A stretch of DNA of 64,000 nt from an uncultured Oscillospiraceae bacterium. GTDB lineage: Bacteria; Bacillota; Clostridia; Oscillospirales; Oscillospiraceae. Under the pieces are notes generated by a model, which was given only the letters and a program-made list of their open reading frames with translations, was not told the origin of the DNA and made no database searches. Position 1 is the first letter of the stretch, and every line of letters begins with the position of its first letter. Both the position numbers and the translations under genes were made by a program. Shown piece by piece: positions 36,809-47,476 of this stretch. Location: assembly GCA_949494735.1 (NCBI GenBank), contig CATABD010000002.1, positions 11,814 to 75,813 of the forward strand, in the 5' to 3' direction.

Positions 36809-37881
36809 CACGCGTCCTCCTGTTTTGTGAAATCCTCCACCCTCCACTCGTCATGCCAGCGGATGCGGGGAACGCTGCCCTCAAAGGTGACGGGCAGCCA
36901 CACATACCGGGCCTTGGAGGTATCCGCCGTGGCCAGCATGGGGCTGGCCATCAGCAGTTGGATATCCTCCTGACTGGGCTGGAACCGCTCCGGGTCAAAC
37001 CTGTGGCCGATGGCCCGCTCCAGCGCACCATACACCTGGGCGGCCATCTTATACTCTGGCACCCAGCGGTCGGCCAGGGCGATAAAGCACTCCGTCCCAG
37101 GCACCCGGAACACCTGGCTGATCTGGCTGTTGAAGGAGGCGGAGCTGGGGTCATCAACATGGGGGTTCCCCAGCGTCTCATAGGGGCCGTCCGCCCGGTC
37201 CGCCCCGTCCGTCCGGCTGGGATTGGGCAAATAGCCCGTCATGCCGCTGGTGAACAGGTAGTGCTTCCCGTTCCAGGCAAAGTGGGCCGGGGCCTCCCGG
37301 CAGTAGGGCGGATGCAGACCACCGCAATGGAGGGCAGGCTCCCCGGTCGCGTCCAGGTAGTCCGGCGTGAGCCACGCCCCGGTGAGGCCCGCGTGGTCGC
37401 TGTCGAACAACAGGTAGGCCCGCCCGTCCTCCTCCACCGCGATGTCAAAATCCCCGACTTTTTTCCCGAAGGGGCGGAACCGTTCCTTTGCCATGGTGTA
37501 TGGCCCGCCGAAGGCGTCGGCGGTGAACAGGCAGAAGCAGGCGTCCTCCCCGGAGTATTTCAGCCAGCACACGTACTTCCCGGTGGCGGGGCTTTTCACG
37601 ATGTGGGGTCGGTCCATGCGCCGGGACGGGTGGAGCATACTGGCCTCGTCCCCGGTGTCGGGCTCGATTAGGTAGCCCTCATACTTCCAGTTGTAGAGGT
37701 CGCGGGAGGAGTAGTATTTGATCCCCCAGGTCCAAACGCCGTTTTTGCCGTCGGTATGGTCCTTGTTCTCACCATACCAGTAGTACACCCCGTCCTCGTA
37801 GTACAGCGCGCCGCCGTGGGCCTCAATGGGCGTTCCGTCCGTGTCCAGCCAGAGCTGGCCAGGTTTGATGCAGGTATTCAT
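36808..37881 (-). CDS. GH43 glycoside hydrolase
   Basis: IEAHGG, YYWYGE, DRPHI, REAPA, SFNSQ, ADRW. Confidence 0.88.
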   Translation of the reverse strand: MNTCIKPGQLWLDTDGTPIEAHGGALYYEDGVYYWYGENKDHTDGKNGVWTWGIKYYSSRDLYNWKYEGYLIEPDTGDEASMLHPSRRMDRPHIVKSPATGKYVCWLKYSGEDACFCLFTADAFGGPYTMAKERFRPFGKKVGDFDIAVEEDGRAYLLFDSDHAGLTGAWLTPDYLDATGEPALHCGGLHPPYCREAPAHFAWNGKHYLFTSGMTGYLPNPSRTDGADRADGPYETLGNPHVDDPSSASFNSQISQVFRVPGTECFIALADRWVPEYKMAAQVYGALERAIGHRFDPERFQPSQEDIQLLMASPMLATADTSKARYVWLPVTFEGSVPRIRWHDEWRVEDFTKQEDA

Positions 37882-40361
37882 TTGGATTCCTCCCCGTTCA
37901 TCAGTACCTGGGTGTGGGCGTTCAGCATCAGCCGCAGCACCCGGCATGCGCTCCGCCGCACATCGGCAGCGGTCAGCCGCCCGTCGGCCAGCGCCTCCAG
38001 CACCCGCTGGCGGTCAAAGTCGGAGCCGGGCATAATCAGGTCGTTCCCTGCCGGGGCGCACTTGGCGGGATCGCCGGAATGCTCGGTGCAGCTGTTCCAG
38101 TCGGTCATCACCAGCCCCTCAAAGCCCCACTCGCAGCGCAGGATATCGGTCAGCAGGTCGTGCCGGTTGGCGGTGTAGACGTGGTTGAGCTGGTTGTAGC
38201 TGCTCATCACCGTCCAGGGCTGGGCTTCGCGCACGGCGATTTCGAAGCCCTTCAGGTAGATCTCCCGCAGGGCCCGCTCGCTGACGTTGGCGCTGATGCC
38301 GTTGCGGTTGTCCTCGGAGTTGTTGCAGCAGAAGTGCTTCACGCTCACCCCCACGCCGGGGCGGCTCTGGACGCCCCGGGTCAGGGCGGAGGCCAGCTTC
38401 CCGGTGAGCACCGGGTCCTCGCTGTAATACTCGAAGGTGCGGCCCCCCAAGGGGTTGCGGAGGATGTTCACGGCGGGGGCCAGCCAGACGGACACGCCGA
38501 AGGAGCGCAGCTCCTCCCCCACCAACCCGCCGATCTCCTCCAACATCGGGGCGTTCCAGGTCTGGGCCAGCAGCAGTTCCACCGGCCAGGCGGTGGCATA
38601 GCGGTATACCGTCTCGCCCTCCAGCCGCGCGATCTGCGCCGCCATGCCTTTCGCCAGCAGCCCCCAATTGTAGCGCTCGGGCACCTCGGCGGCGGCAAAC
38701 CGCCCGTCCGGCAGCACCTTTACCTTCCGGCAGATGTTCACCCCGGCGGGGCCGTCGGCGAACACCACGTTGCGGATCCCCTTGTCCAGCAGCGCGGTGA
38801 CGGTCTTGCCCCCCGCACCGGGGATGTCCAGCGCCCCGGCGGGCGGATTGCGCAGGGCCCCGCCCTGGAGGAACCACGCCTGTTCTTCTGTGGTCAGGCC
38901 GTCCAGGATGACCGTTTCCTGGTCGGTCTCCGTCACCTGGGGTTCGGTGTAGTCGATGACCTCCGCCACAAAGGCGGCGGGGTCGGCGGTGAGAACGGGC
39001 ACGCTGTCAGGAATCACTTCCTCCGGGATATCCCCCGGCACAAATTCGGGCAGTTCGTCCACAGCGGCGCAGCAGTTCCGGCATTGGCGGGTCACCACCG
39101 GGGTGGGCAGCTCCACCACCGCCGCGATGGCCGTATCCCGGCTGCTGTTCCCCACCCGGATCAGATAGAATCCCGCGTCCAGCACCCAGGCGGCGCGGGC
39201 CTCGTCGTAACTGGCCCCGTCGGCCAGAGGGAAGGACAGCTCCAGCGTCTGGGACGCGCCAAGGGCCAGCGTTTCTGTCTTGGCGAAAGCCACCAGCCGC
39301 TGGTACTCCTTGTGCCGCGTCCCCTGGGGGGCGGACAGGTAGACCTGGACCACTTCCCTGCCGGGGACGGTTCCGGTGTTGTCCACCCGCACCCGCAGGT
39401 GGACGGTATCGCCGTCCAGCTCCGCCGCCTCCGTCTCCACGGCGAAGCTGGTGTAGCTTAGCCCGAAGCCGAAGGGGAAGCGTACCGGCTTTCGGAAGGA
39501 ATCAAAGTAGCGATAGCCGACGTAGATGCCCTCTTTGTAGTACTCGTCGTCCAGGTCGCCGTTGAGGTAGCTGAACTCGCCGCCAAAGGGGATATCCTCG
39601 AACCGCAGGGGGATGGTGTCGGCCAATTTGCCGGAAAAGTTCTCCCGCCCGGACAGCACATCGGCCAAGGCGTTGCCGCCCTCCTCGCCGCTCTGGACAA
39701 ACAGCACTACCGCATTGATGCCTTTAATCTCGTCCAGGAAGCCCAGGTCGATGTGCCCGCCCACATTGATAATCAGGATGGTATGGTCATAGGCCAACCC
39801 TACGGTTTTCAGGTTTTCCCGCTCGGTATCGGTGATATAGTAATCCCCCGGCTCCAGCTTGCGGTCATTGCACTCCCCGGCCTGCCGCGTGATGACGTAG
39901 AGGGCGGTGTCGGTATCGCTGGCGGCGACGTCCCCCACCGTGATGTCCCGCCCGCTGGGATAGCGGTAGACAAAGCTGTGGGCCAGGGGGATGATCTCCA
40001 TGGGGTCGGCGAGCCCCGCCACCTTCTCCTCCACCATGTCGTGGTATTCCTGATAGGTGCGGCGGTATTCCTCATCGTAGTCGTCCAGCCACTTTTGCGT
40101 GGTGATTTCGTACCCGGCGTTTTTCAGGCCGTCCTCGATGTTGACGCTGTACCGCTCCTCCACGCTGCCGCTGCCCAGGCCGCCCTTGACGGTCATCCGG
40201 GCGCCCATGCCGTAGAGGGCGATTTTTTTGCTTTTCAAGGGCAATGCCCCGTCGTTTTTCAGCAGAACGAAGCCCTCCGCCGCCGCGCGGCGGGCCAGGG
40301 CGCGGCCCCGCAGCTCCAATTCGGTGGGCTCGTTGGAAGTAGTTCCGTAGTAATTCATCAT
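37878..40361 (-). CDS. GH3 beta-glucosidase (inverted domain order)
   Basis: VLLKN, EGIYVGYRY, DGPAG, GRTFEYYSEDP, KHF, VMTDW. Confidence 0.93.
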   Translation of the reverse strand: MMNYYGTTSNEPTELELRGRALARRAAAEGFVLLKNDGALPLKSKKIALYGMGARMTVKGGLGSGSVEERYSVNIEDGLKNAGYEITTQKWLDDYDEEYRRTYQEYHDMVEEKVAGLADPMEIIPLAHSFVYRYPSGRDITVGDVAASDTDTALYVITRQAGECNDRKLEPGDYYITDTERENLKTVGLAYDHTILIINVGGHIDLGFLDEIKGINAVVLFVQSGEEGGNALADVLSGRENFSGKLADTIPLRFEDIPFGGEFSYLNGDLDDEYYKEGIYVGYRYFDSFRKPVRFPFGFGLSYTSFAVETEAAELDGDTVHLRVRVDNTGTVPGREVVQVYLSAPQGTRHKEYQRLVAFAKTETLALGASQTLELSFPLADGASYDEARAAWVLDAGFYLIRVGNSSRDTAIAAVVELPTPVVTRQCRNCCAAVDELPEFVPGDIPEEVIPDSVPVLTADPAAFVAEVIDYTEPQVTETDQETVILDGLTTEEQAWFLQGGALRNPPAGALDIPGAGGKTVTALLDKGIRNVVFADGPAGVNICRKVKVLPDGRFAAAEVPERYNWGLLAKGMAAQIARLEGETVYRYATAWPVELLLAQTWNAPMLEEIGGLVGEELRSFGVSVWLAPAVNILRNPLGGRTFEYYSEDPVLTGKLASALTRGVQSRPGVGVSVKHFCCNNSEDNRNGISANVSERALREIYLKGFEIAVREAQPWTVMSSYNQLNHVYTANRHDLLTDILRCEWGFEGLVMTDWNSCTEHSGDPAKCAPAGNDLIMPGSDFDRQRVLEALADGRLTAADVRRSACRVLRLMLNAHTQVLMNGEESK

Positions 40362-40375
40362 CGCTCATCCTTTCC

Positions 40376-43078
40376 TCACAGGTTTGCCAGCATGGCGTCG
40401 ATCTTGTCCAAAGCCCCGTCGGGGAGACGCCCGCCCATCCGTCCAGCCAGTTGCCGCATGGACATGGCTCCCATGGACGGGGGAAGCTGGGCAATCTGGG
40501 GCATGGCCCGCTCCAAAGCCGCTTTTACCCTGGGGTTGGCCAGCAGCTCGCCCAGGGGGGTATCGGTACTGAACCGCCCCTTGAGAGACCGGTCCGGGGT
40601 GTAAGTATGGGAAAACTCCCCCGGCCCTAACTCATACATCCCGCCGCCATAGGGCAGGGTCAGCTCCGCCGTGCAGCCGAAGGGAACAGCGCAGGAATAG
40701 GCTATGTCCCCGCTGGGCAGCACCTCCCAGCGGCACCTCCATCGTCCGGCGGCGGACTGGTATTCCAGCTCCGCATGGCCCAGGGCGGCGCAGACATGGG
40801 GGCGCAGCACCGCCCGACGGAAGCCGGGTGCGGCTGGGCGCAGGCCGGCCACGTCGGCGTACAGCCACTCCGCGATAGAGCCGTAGGCGTAGTGGTTGAG
40901 GCTGTTCATGCCGTTTTCCGCAATTTTGCCGTCCGGCCCCACGCTGTTCCACCGCTCCCACACGGTGGTGGCCCCCAGCTTCACCGCGTACAGCCAGCCG
41001 GGATAGTCCTCGTTTAAGAGCAGGTCGAAGGCGGCGTCCCCCTGCCCTGCGGCGGTGAGGACGGGACATAGCAGGGGCGTGCCCACGAAACCGGTCTGCA
41101 ATTTGCCGCCGCTTTTTTTCAGCGCCCGGGCCAGCTCCGCCGCCGTCCGTTTTGGGTCGGGGGTAAGGCCGTATTCCAGCGCCAGCAGCAGCCCCGTCTG
41201 GGTGGGGACGGCGCAGCGTCCCGCAGGGGTAAAATACTCGGCGCGGATGGCATCCAACAGCGTCCCGGCCAGCGCCCCGTATTCCGCCGCTTCCCCGTCG
41301 AAGCCCAGCACCTTGGCCGCCTCCGCCGTCAGCCGCGCGCAGCGGAGGTACATCACGTCCGCCACGAAGGCCATGTCGGTGCCGCCCTGTTTGTCATCCT
41401 CGTCCCAGATGTCCAGGGCCAGCCAGTCCCCGAAATGGAACTGCCGCCGCCAGCCGTGATTCTCCCCGTCCACCGCCCGGATATGCTCCACCCAGCCCTT
41501 CATGCTGTCAAACTGTCTGGCCAGGATGGATTTGTCCCCGTAAAACTGGTACAGCGTCCAGGGGATGACGCAGGCGGCGTCCCCCCAGGCGGCGGAGCAG
41601 TCCCGCTTGCCGAAGGAGGGAATCACGTTGGGCACGGCCCCGCCGTTGGCCCGCTGTTCCAGGGCCAGGTCGTGGAGGTACTTGGCGTAAAAGGCATAGC
41701 TGTCCCGCTGATAGCAGGCGGTGGGGGCGAACACCTGGGCGTCCCCCGTCCAGCCCATCCGCTCGTCCCGCTGGGGGCAGTCAGTGGGCACGTCGATGAA
41801 ATTCCCCTTCTGCCCCCACTCAATGTTGGCGATGAGCCGGTTCACCAGCCCGTTCCCGGTATCCAGCCGCCCCGTCCGGGGCATCTGGGAGTACAGCGCC
41901 AGGGCGGTGAAGTCCTCCGGCTTCAAGTCCGGCAGGCCCTCCACCTTCACATAGCGGTAGCCGTAATAGGTGAATTTCGGCTTCAACACGTGTGGCAGGC
42001 CGTCGGACACGTAGACGTATTCCGCCTTGGCGGTGCGCAGGTTGTCCCGGTAGAAGTTCCCGTTTTGCAGGATCTCTCCGAATTGGAGACGGATTGCCTG
42101 GCCCCTGGGCGCACAGCACCGCAGACGGAAGCTCCCCGCCAGATTCTGCCCCAGATCCAGCACCGTCTCCCCCGCCGGGGTGTGGATGATCTCCTGTACA
42201 GGCAGCTCCTCCCGCACCGCCACCGGGGTGCTGTACCGCGCTGTCAGCTTCCCCGCCGGCGGCTCTACCAGCCGTGCCCGCTCCGGGGGCAGTGGCGGCA
42301 GGGTGTCGTCCCGGTGTTCGCCGTCATAGAGGTTGGAAAAGGTGATATTCGAGCGGGTGACAGTCCAATCCTCATCGGTGCCGACCACCTCCTCTGTTCC
42401 ATCAGTATAGGTCAGCTGCACCTCGGCAATCAGTTTCCAGCTTCCCCCGTAGTACGGTTTCTCCTGACGGTCAGGCCCAAAGCGCCCCTTGTACCAGCCA
42501 TTGCCCAGGATAACGGACAGGACGCCCGCCGTCTGTAATTGCTCCGTAATGTCATAAGTCTGAACCTGCACCCAACTATTATAGTCATTGCAGTAAGGGG
42601 TCAGATATTCCCCGCCGATTTTCTCCCCGTTCCAGGCCGCCTCGTACAGCCCCAGGCCGCAGAGGTAGAGCCGCGCCGCCGCCACAGGCTTGGCTGGGAC
42701 GATCTCCCTGGAGAACACGGGGTGGCGGGGCTGCGCATCGTCGCAGCCGATCCATTTGCCAGCCCAGGGCTCGTCCAGCTTCCCCGTTTCAAACCAGTTT
42801 TCGGCGCTGGCCGCCTCCTCCCCGGCGTCGGTGCGGACGGCCACCGTCCAGGTGTACCGTGCTCGGGGTCGAAGGGTCAACTCCACGGGCGCGGCCAGAC
42901 TGTCCAGCGGACCCCAGCCCGTGTCGGCCTCCACGGTTTCGTCCCTTCTGACTATGATGCGGGCGGCGGTCTGGAACTGTCCCTCCGCGCCCTCCACGGT
43001 CCAGGAGAAGGCCACCCCGTCCAGTTCATAGCCCAAGGGATTGACAAGGTGGTTGGTTTTACAGTTGGTGATGGTCAT
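40376..43078 (-). CDS. GH78 alpha-L-rhamnosidase
   Basis: PTDCPQRDERMGWTGDAQ, GATTVWERW, NSLNHYAYG. Confidence 0.95.
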   Translation of the reverse strand: MTITNCKTNHLVNPLGYELDGVAFSWTVEGAEGQFQTAARIIVRRDETVEADTGWGPLDSLAAPVELTLRPRARYTWTVAVRTDAGEEAASAENWFETGKLDEPWAGKWIGCDDAQPRHPVFSREIVPAKPVAAARLYLCGLGLYEAAWNGEKIGGEYLTPYCNDYNSWVQVQTYDITEQLQTAGVLSVILGNGWYKGRFGPDRQEKPYYGGSWKLIAEVQLTYTDGTEEVVGTDEDWTVTRSNITFSNLYDGEHRDDTLPPLPPERARLVEPPAGKLTARYSTPVAVREELPVQEIIHTPAGETVLDLGQNLAGSFRLRCCAPRGQAIRLQFGEILQNGNFYRDNLRTAKAEYVYVSDGLPHVLKPKFTYYGYRYVKVEGLPDLKPEDFTALALYSQMPRTGRLDTGNGLVNRLIANIEWGQKGNFIDVPTDCPQRDERMGWTGDAQVFAPTACYQRDSYAFYAKYLHDLALEQRANGGAVPNVIPSFGKRDCSAAWGDAACVIPWTLYQFYGDKSILARQFDSMKGWVEHIRAVDGENHGWRRQFHFGDWLALDIWDEDDKQGGTDMAFVADVMYLRCARLTAEAAKVLGFDGEAAEYGALAGTLLDAIRAEYFTPAGRCAVPTQTGLLLALEYGLTPDPKRTAAELARALKKSGGKLQTGFVGTPLLCPVLTAAGQGDAAFDLLLNEDYPGWLYAVKLGATTVWERWNSVGPDGKIAENGMNSLNHYAYGSIAEWLYADVAGLRPAAPGFRRAVLRPHVCAALGHAELEYQSAAGRWRCRWEVLPSGDIAYSCAVPFGCTAELTLPYGGGMYELGPGEFSHTYTPDRSLKGRFSTDTPLGELLANPRVKAALERAMPQIAQLPPSMGAMSMRQLAGRMGGRLPDGALDKIDAMLANL

Positions 43079-43148
43079 GGCGTTCCCTCCAAAAAAGCCC
43101 GGAGCGCGGGGAGTCCCCGCCCCCCGGGCTGGTGATGGCAGTTATGCC

Positions 43149-44927
43149 CTATTTCTTGGATTTTTTAGCTGCTTTTGCGTCCGCTTTCGCTTTTTTCGCC
43201 GCCCGCTTGTCCAGGACCTTCTGATTCTCCCTGTCGAAGTCCAAGCCCCGCTTGGCGCAGATCTCCCGCAGTTCCTTGATGCGGTTTTCCTCGGCCACGC
43301 GCTCCTGCTCGGCAATCTCCCGGCGCTCCAGCTCGTCGGCGGGGATGTACTCAATGCCCAGCTTGGCGCACTCGGCGACCTTGCGCTCCTGCAATTCATG
43401 GGAAATCCTGGGCATGTCGTTTTCAATCTTGAACACGAAGCAGAAGATAAAGAACACCACAACGCCGATGATGATATAGGAGCCCTGGTAGGCGAAGTTG
43501 ATCCAGCCCGTGGCGGCGGCGGTCTGGTCGGCGTAGAGGGCGATGCCCTCGGCGCTGGTGCCGATCTGCTCCGGCTGGGCGTAGCCGGTGACCATCAGGC
43601 CCAGGTTGAAAATGCCCTGGGCGATGCCCACCGCGAACATCATCATGGCGCTGACAAAGCCGCCGGTGAGGCCGTCGGCACGAACCCCGGTTTTCCACTC
43701 CACCTGGTCAATGACGTCGCCCATGTAGGACATCAGCATATAGCTGAAGGCGATGTTGCCGATGGCGGCTAGGGCGGTGCCGGCGTAGATCATGGTGCCG
43801 TGCCCCGCGCTCATAAAGGCCATCACTGAGCCGACGATGGTGAGGACGGCGGTGGTCCAGATGGTCTTGGTACGGCCGAATTTCTTCACCAAAGGCAGCA
43901 TCAGCAGGATGCCGGGGCCCATGGGAGACAGGGCGATCATAGAGAATTTGGCTTGAATGGCGGCCACATTTCCATAGGCATTGCCGTTTACTACCCAGCC
44001 GGAGTAGTAGATCAGAGAGATGTTGCGCAGATTGCCGCAGATGTTGAAAATGAGAATGATAAGAGCCAGCAAGATCCAGTATTTGCTGGTGAGGCAGGCC
44101 CTGAGCTGTTCCCACATCCCCACCTCCCGGTGGATGGATAGCTTCTGCGCATCGGCCTGGGCGATGCCGGATTGGTTGCGGCGCTCCTCGGTGACCCGCT
44201 CACGGGTGTAGAAGTACTGCACGAAAGTGAGGGGCAGGGAGATACAGGCCATAATGGCCATGGTGAGGAAATATCCCTGGGCGTTGTTCCCATGGACGGC
44301 GGCGCACACGGCGTGGAGGATCATGGGGAACAGGATGGATACCAGGCCGGTGCCTACGTTGCGGGTGATCTCCGCCGCCAGGGAGTTGTTTTTCCGCTGG
44401 TTCATGTTCCGGGTGGACAGGGCCGAGGACAGCTCCTTGGACATATTCCACATGGTGAAGGCCACGCTGTAGTAGAGGTTATAGGCCAGCACCACCCAGA
44501 TGGCCTGGTGGATGGGCTGGGAGAAGGGCATCCAGAACAATAGGATAATGCTGATGGCCACCAGGGGCGCGGAAATCAGCAGCCAAGGCCGCACCTTGCC
44601 CTGACGGCAGGTGGTTGAGTCGATGACTTTGGCCATGACCAGGTTGGTGATGGCGTCAATGAGCTTGGAGATCACGGGGAACAGCACCATAAAGGTGGCG
44701 ATCCACGCGCCCTTGGACACCGTGAAACCGATGATGTCAGTGAGGTACTGGTTGAAGTAGCTGTTGACGATGGACTGGCCCACCAGCATCCCGTAGGGGC
44801 CGATGACGTAGCCCAGCCACATCTCCTTCCTGGTGGTGTTGGCGGACTTGATGCGGGAATCCCATTTGGAACTGGCAAATGCGTTTTCCAGCAGGCCGCG
44901 CCTTTTTGTCGTTGCCGATGCAGACAT
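43149..44927 (-). CDS. GPH-family MFS transporter with charged C-terminal tail
   Basis: DAITN...IDST...GKVRPW; many TM segments; ATG 44927 after AGGAGG. Confidence 0.9.
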   Translation of the reverse strand: MSASATTKRRGLLENAFASSKWDSRIKSANTTRKEMWLGYVIGPYGMLVGQSIVNSYFNQYLTDIIGFTVSKGAWIATFMVLFPVISKLIDAITNLVMAKVIDSTTCRQGKVRPWLLISAPLVAISIILLFWMPFSQPIHQAIWVVLAYNLYYSVAFTMWNMSKELSSALSTRNMNQRKNNSLAAEITRNVGTGLVSILFPMILHAVCAAVHGNNAQGYFLTMAIMACISLPLTFVQYFYTRERVTEERRNQSGIAQADAQKLSIHREVGMWEQLRACLTSKYWILLALIILIFNICGNLRNISLIYYSGWVVNGNAYGNVAAIQAKFSMIALSPMGPGILLMLPLVKKFGRTKTIWTTAVLTIVGSVMAFMSAGHGTMIYAGTALAAIGNIAFSYMLMSYMGDVIDQVEWKTGVRADGLTGGFVSAMMMFAVGIAQGIFNLGLMVTGYAQPEQIGTSAEGIALYADQTAAATGWINFAYQGSYIIIGVVVFFIFCFVFKIENDMPRISHELQERKVAECAKLGIEYIPADELERREIAEQERVAEENRIKELREICAKRGLDFDRENQKVLDKRAAKKAKADAKAAKKSKK

Positions 44928-45121
44928 AGTGCTCCTCCTTTTCTCTCCGCTGTATTTCGGGGCGTTGCGCCCTTGATACAAATATTGTAAGGCCGCAGCT
45001 ACAAGGTGTAAAGAAACAGATTTGCTTTTCGTATCAAAAATTAAACTTCTTTTATTTTTGTGCTAATTCATTGCATTAAAATTCAATTTATGATATGCTT
45101 GTGTGCAAAGGAGGGATCGCT

Positions 45122-46357
45122 GTGGAGGAGTACAAGGCCGGCAGCCAGGAAAAACTGGCGCTTTTGCGGGAAATGCTCACCTGCGAACAGAACGTTTACC
45201 TGTGGACCTACGCCGGGGACGGGCATCTCAGCCAGACCAACTGTCCTGATTTGGTGCTGGATACTATTTTTACCTCTACCGGCTGCAAGGCCTATATGCT
45301 GGAACAGGGTCAGGAAAATCCGGCCCCGATGGTGCTGGGGGCTCCATTGGGGCTGATGTGGTGCGCGGCTTTCGAGCCCTGGGGCAGCTCTTACCTGATG
45401 CACGTTATCGGTCCAGCCTTCAACACAGAGGTCAGTCTGAAAGGACTGACCGATGCGCTGCGGGACATGGATATTCCCATGGATTTCAAACACCGTCTCC
45501 CCGGACTTCTGCGCGGCCTGCCCATCGTCCCCACCACGCTGTTTTTTCAGTATGGACTGATGCTCCATTTCTGCGTCACTGGGGAAAAGCTGGAACGCAG
45601 TGATATCCAGTGGCAAGATCAGGAGGAGGCCAGTCAGACTTCAGCCCCAGTCCAGAGAGACCGGCATCAGACCTATGCTGTGGAGCAGGCCCTTATGTGG
45701 ATGGTTCGGGAGGGCAATCTGGGCTATCAATCCGCCCTGGATCGGGCGGGCGGGGTGAGCCATGGGGTGCAGATCAGTGGCAAGCCCATGGAGCAGGCGG
45801 TTATCAGCTGCGCGGTATTCACCTCCCTGTGTGTCCGGGAAGCCATCCAGGGCGGGTTATCCCCGGAAACCGCTTACACCCTGGGGGACTCCTACATCCA
45901 GAGCATGACCCAGTGCAAGACGGTATCGGAGCTTATCACCGTCAATCATGAGATGTATGTGGATTTCGTCCGGCGCGTCCACAAGCACCGGGCCAACCCC
46001 AACCGCTCCAAGCAGATCCAGCTTTGCTGCGACTATATCGACATCCATCTGGAGGAACCGATCACCTTGAAGCAGCTGGCATCGCTGGTGGGATATCGGG
46101 ACTACTATCTCTCCCGAAAGTTCAAGCAGGAGATGGGGGTTAATCTGAACGACTATATAAAATTCGCCCGGGTGGAGAAGGCCAAGATGCTGCTGACAGC
46201 TACCAATGATCCCATCCGAGACATCGCCAAGCAGCTCCAATTTTGCTCCAGTAGCTACTTCTCCCAGACCTTCCAACAGGTCACGGGTCTGACACCCCAT
46301 CAGTGGAGGGAACAGGGTGGGCGGCCCGCCGCTCCCGCCGGGCATACAGAAACGTGA
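45122..46357 (+). CDS. AraC-family regulator
   Basis: C-terminal double HTH (YLSRKFKQE, SSSYFSQTF); divergent from the hydrolase operon. Confidence 0.92.
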   Translation: MEEYKAGSQEKLALLREMLTCEQNVYLWTYAGDGHLSQTNCPDLVLDTIFTSTGCKAYMLEQGQENPAPMVLGAPLGLMWCAAFEPWGSSYLMHVIGPAFNTEVSLKGLTDALRDMDIPMDFKHRLPGLLRGLPIVPTTLFFQYGLMLHFCVTGEKLERSDIQWQDQEEASQTSAPVQRDRHQTYAVEQALMWMVREGNLGYQSALDRAGGVSHGVQISGKPMEQAVISCAVFTSLCVREAIQGGLSPETAYTLGDSYIQSMTQCKTVSELITVNHEMYVDFVRRVHKHRANPNRSKQIQLCCDYIDIHLEEPITLKQLASLVGYRDYYLSRKFKQEMGVNLNDYIKFARVEKAKMLLTATNDPIRDIAKQLQFCSSSYFSQTFQQVTGLTPHQWREQGGRPAAPAGHTET

Positions 46358-46361
46358 AGCT

Positions 46362-47460
46362 TTTAGCCCAGCGGTCAGGGTGTCCCCGTCGGCGTAGCCT
46401 CCCGCCGCGTCGGTGGAGCCGTCGGTGCCGTCGCTTCCCACGCTGATGAGGGCCGCGCTGGCAAGTCCGTCCAGCCCGGGCGCGGCGGCCAGGGTCAGCT
46501 CCTGGTTGCGGCCCCCAGGCCCCGTCCCGGTGAGGTGCACCACCGTCTCGCCCCCCGCCAGGAAAGCCAACCTCCTCCCCTCCCCTGCGTGGGTGCGCAG
46601 GATAGCGGTCAGAAACCGCCCCGCCTCCCTGGCCTCGCAGTCCAGCCGGTCGGTGAGCAGGATGGGCTCATAGCCCAGCTCCCGGCACCGCTCTGCCGCC
46701 GCCCGGCACAGCTCCCGGACGCTGCCGATGATCTGGGTGCGCACATTGTCCAGCGCCTTGGGAGTCTCCACGTCCAGGCAGGCCCAAGCTGTCTCGCTTA
46801 GCTTCAGGGCGTACTTCTCCGCAATGGCGCGGGCCTGCTCCGCCGTAGAGGGATCTGCCGCCGCGGGACCGGAGGCGATCATGTCCAGCGGGTCGCCCAG
46901 GATGTCGGACAGCACCACCGCCTCCACCCTCGCCGGGGCGCAGTGGAGGGCGAACCGCCCGCCCTTCACCCTGGACAGCTGTTTGCGGATGGTGTTCATC
47001 TCCACGATGTCCGCCCCGCTGGCTAAAAGCTGCCGGGTGATGTCCTGCAACTCCTCTGCCGGGATGAGGAGTTGTTCAAAGAGGGCACTCCCGCCGCCGG
47101 ACAGCAGGAGCAGCACCGTGTCCGTGGGCAGCAGATCGCGCGTCAGCTCCAGCACCACCGCCGTGGCCCGAAAGCTGTCCTCGTCCGGCACCGGATGGCC
47201 CGCCTCATAGCACGCCACACCGGGGATATTCCCCAGGACGTGGCCGTATTGGGTGATTACCGCACCCCGTCCACGGGCTTGGGCAGCTCCCGGACAGCGG
47301 CCCGGGCCATCTGCCACGCCGCCTTGCCCACCGCCACCAGGAACGCCCGCCCTTGGGGACGGAAGTCCGCCAGCGCCCGCTTTACCGCTTCGTCCGGCTT
47401 GACGGCCTCAATGGCGGAGCGGGCGATGCCCTCCGCGTCGGCTCGCAGCTTCCGGTTCAT
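46362..47460 (-). pseudogene. Glycerate kinase (MOFRL/TtuD type), frameshifted and 3'-truncated
   Basis: VGKAA, GHPVPD, SGGGSAL, GGRNQE, GSDGTDG; frame break near 47262; lacks the terminal TGTNVND motif. Confidence 0.88.
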
Positions 47461-47476
47461 GGGAATCCCTCCTATG

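Noticed and set aside
45857-47317. 486-aa ORF as an intact glycerate kinase
   Set aside because: Its start is out of frame with the true N-terminus and its last ~165 aa are antisense to the AraC gene.
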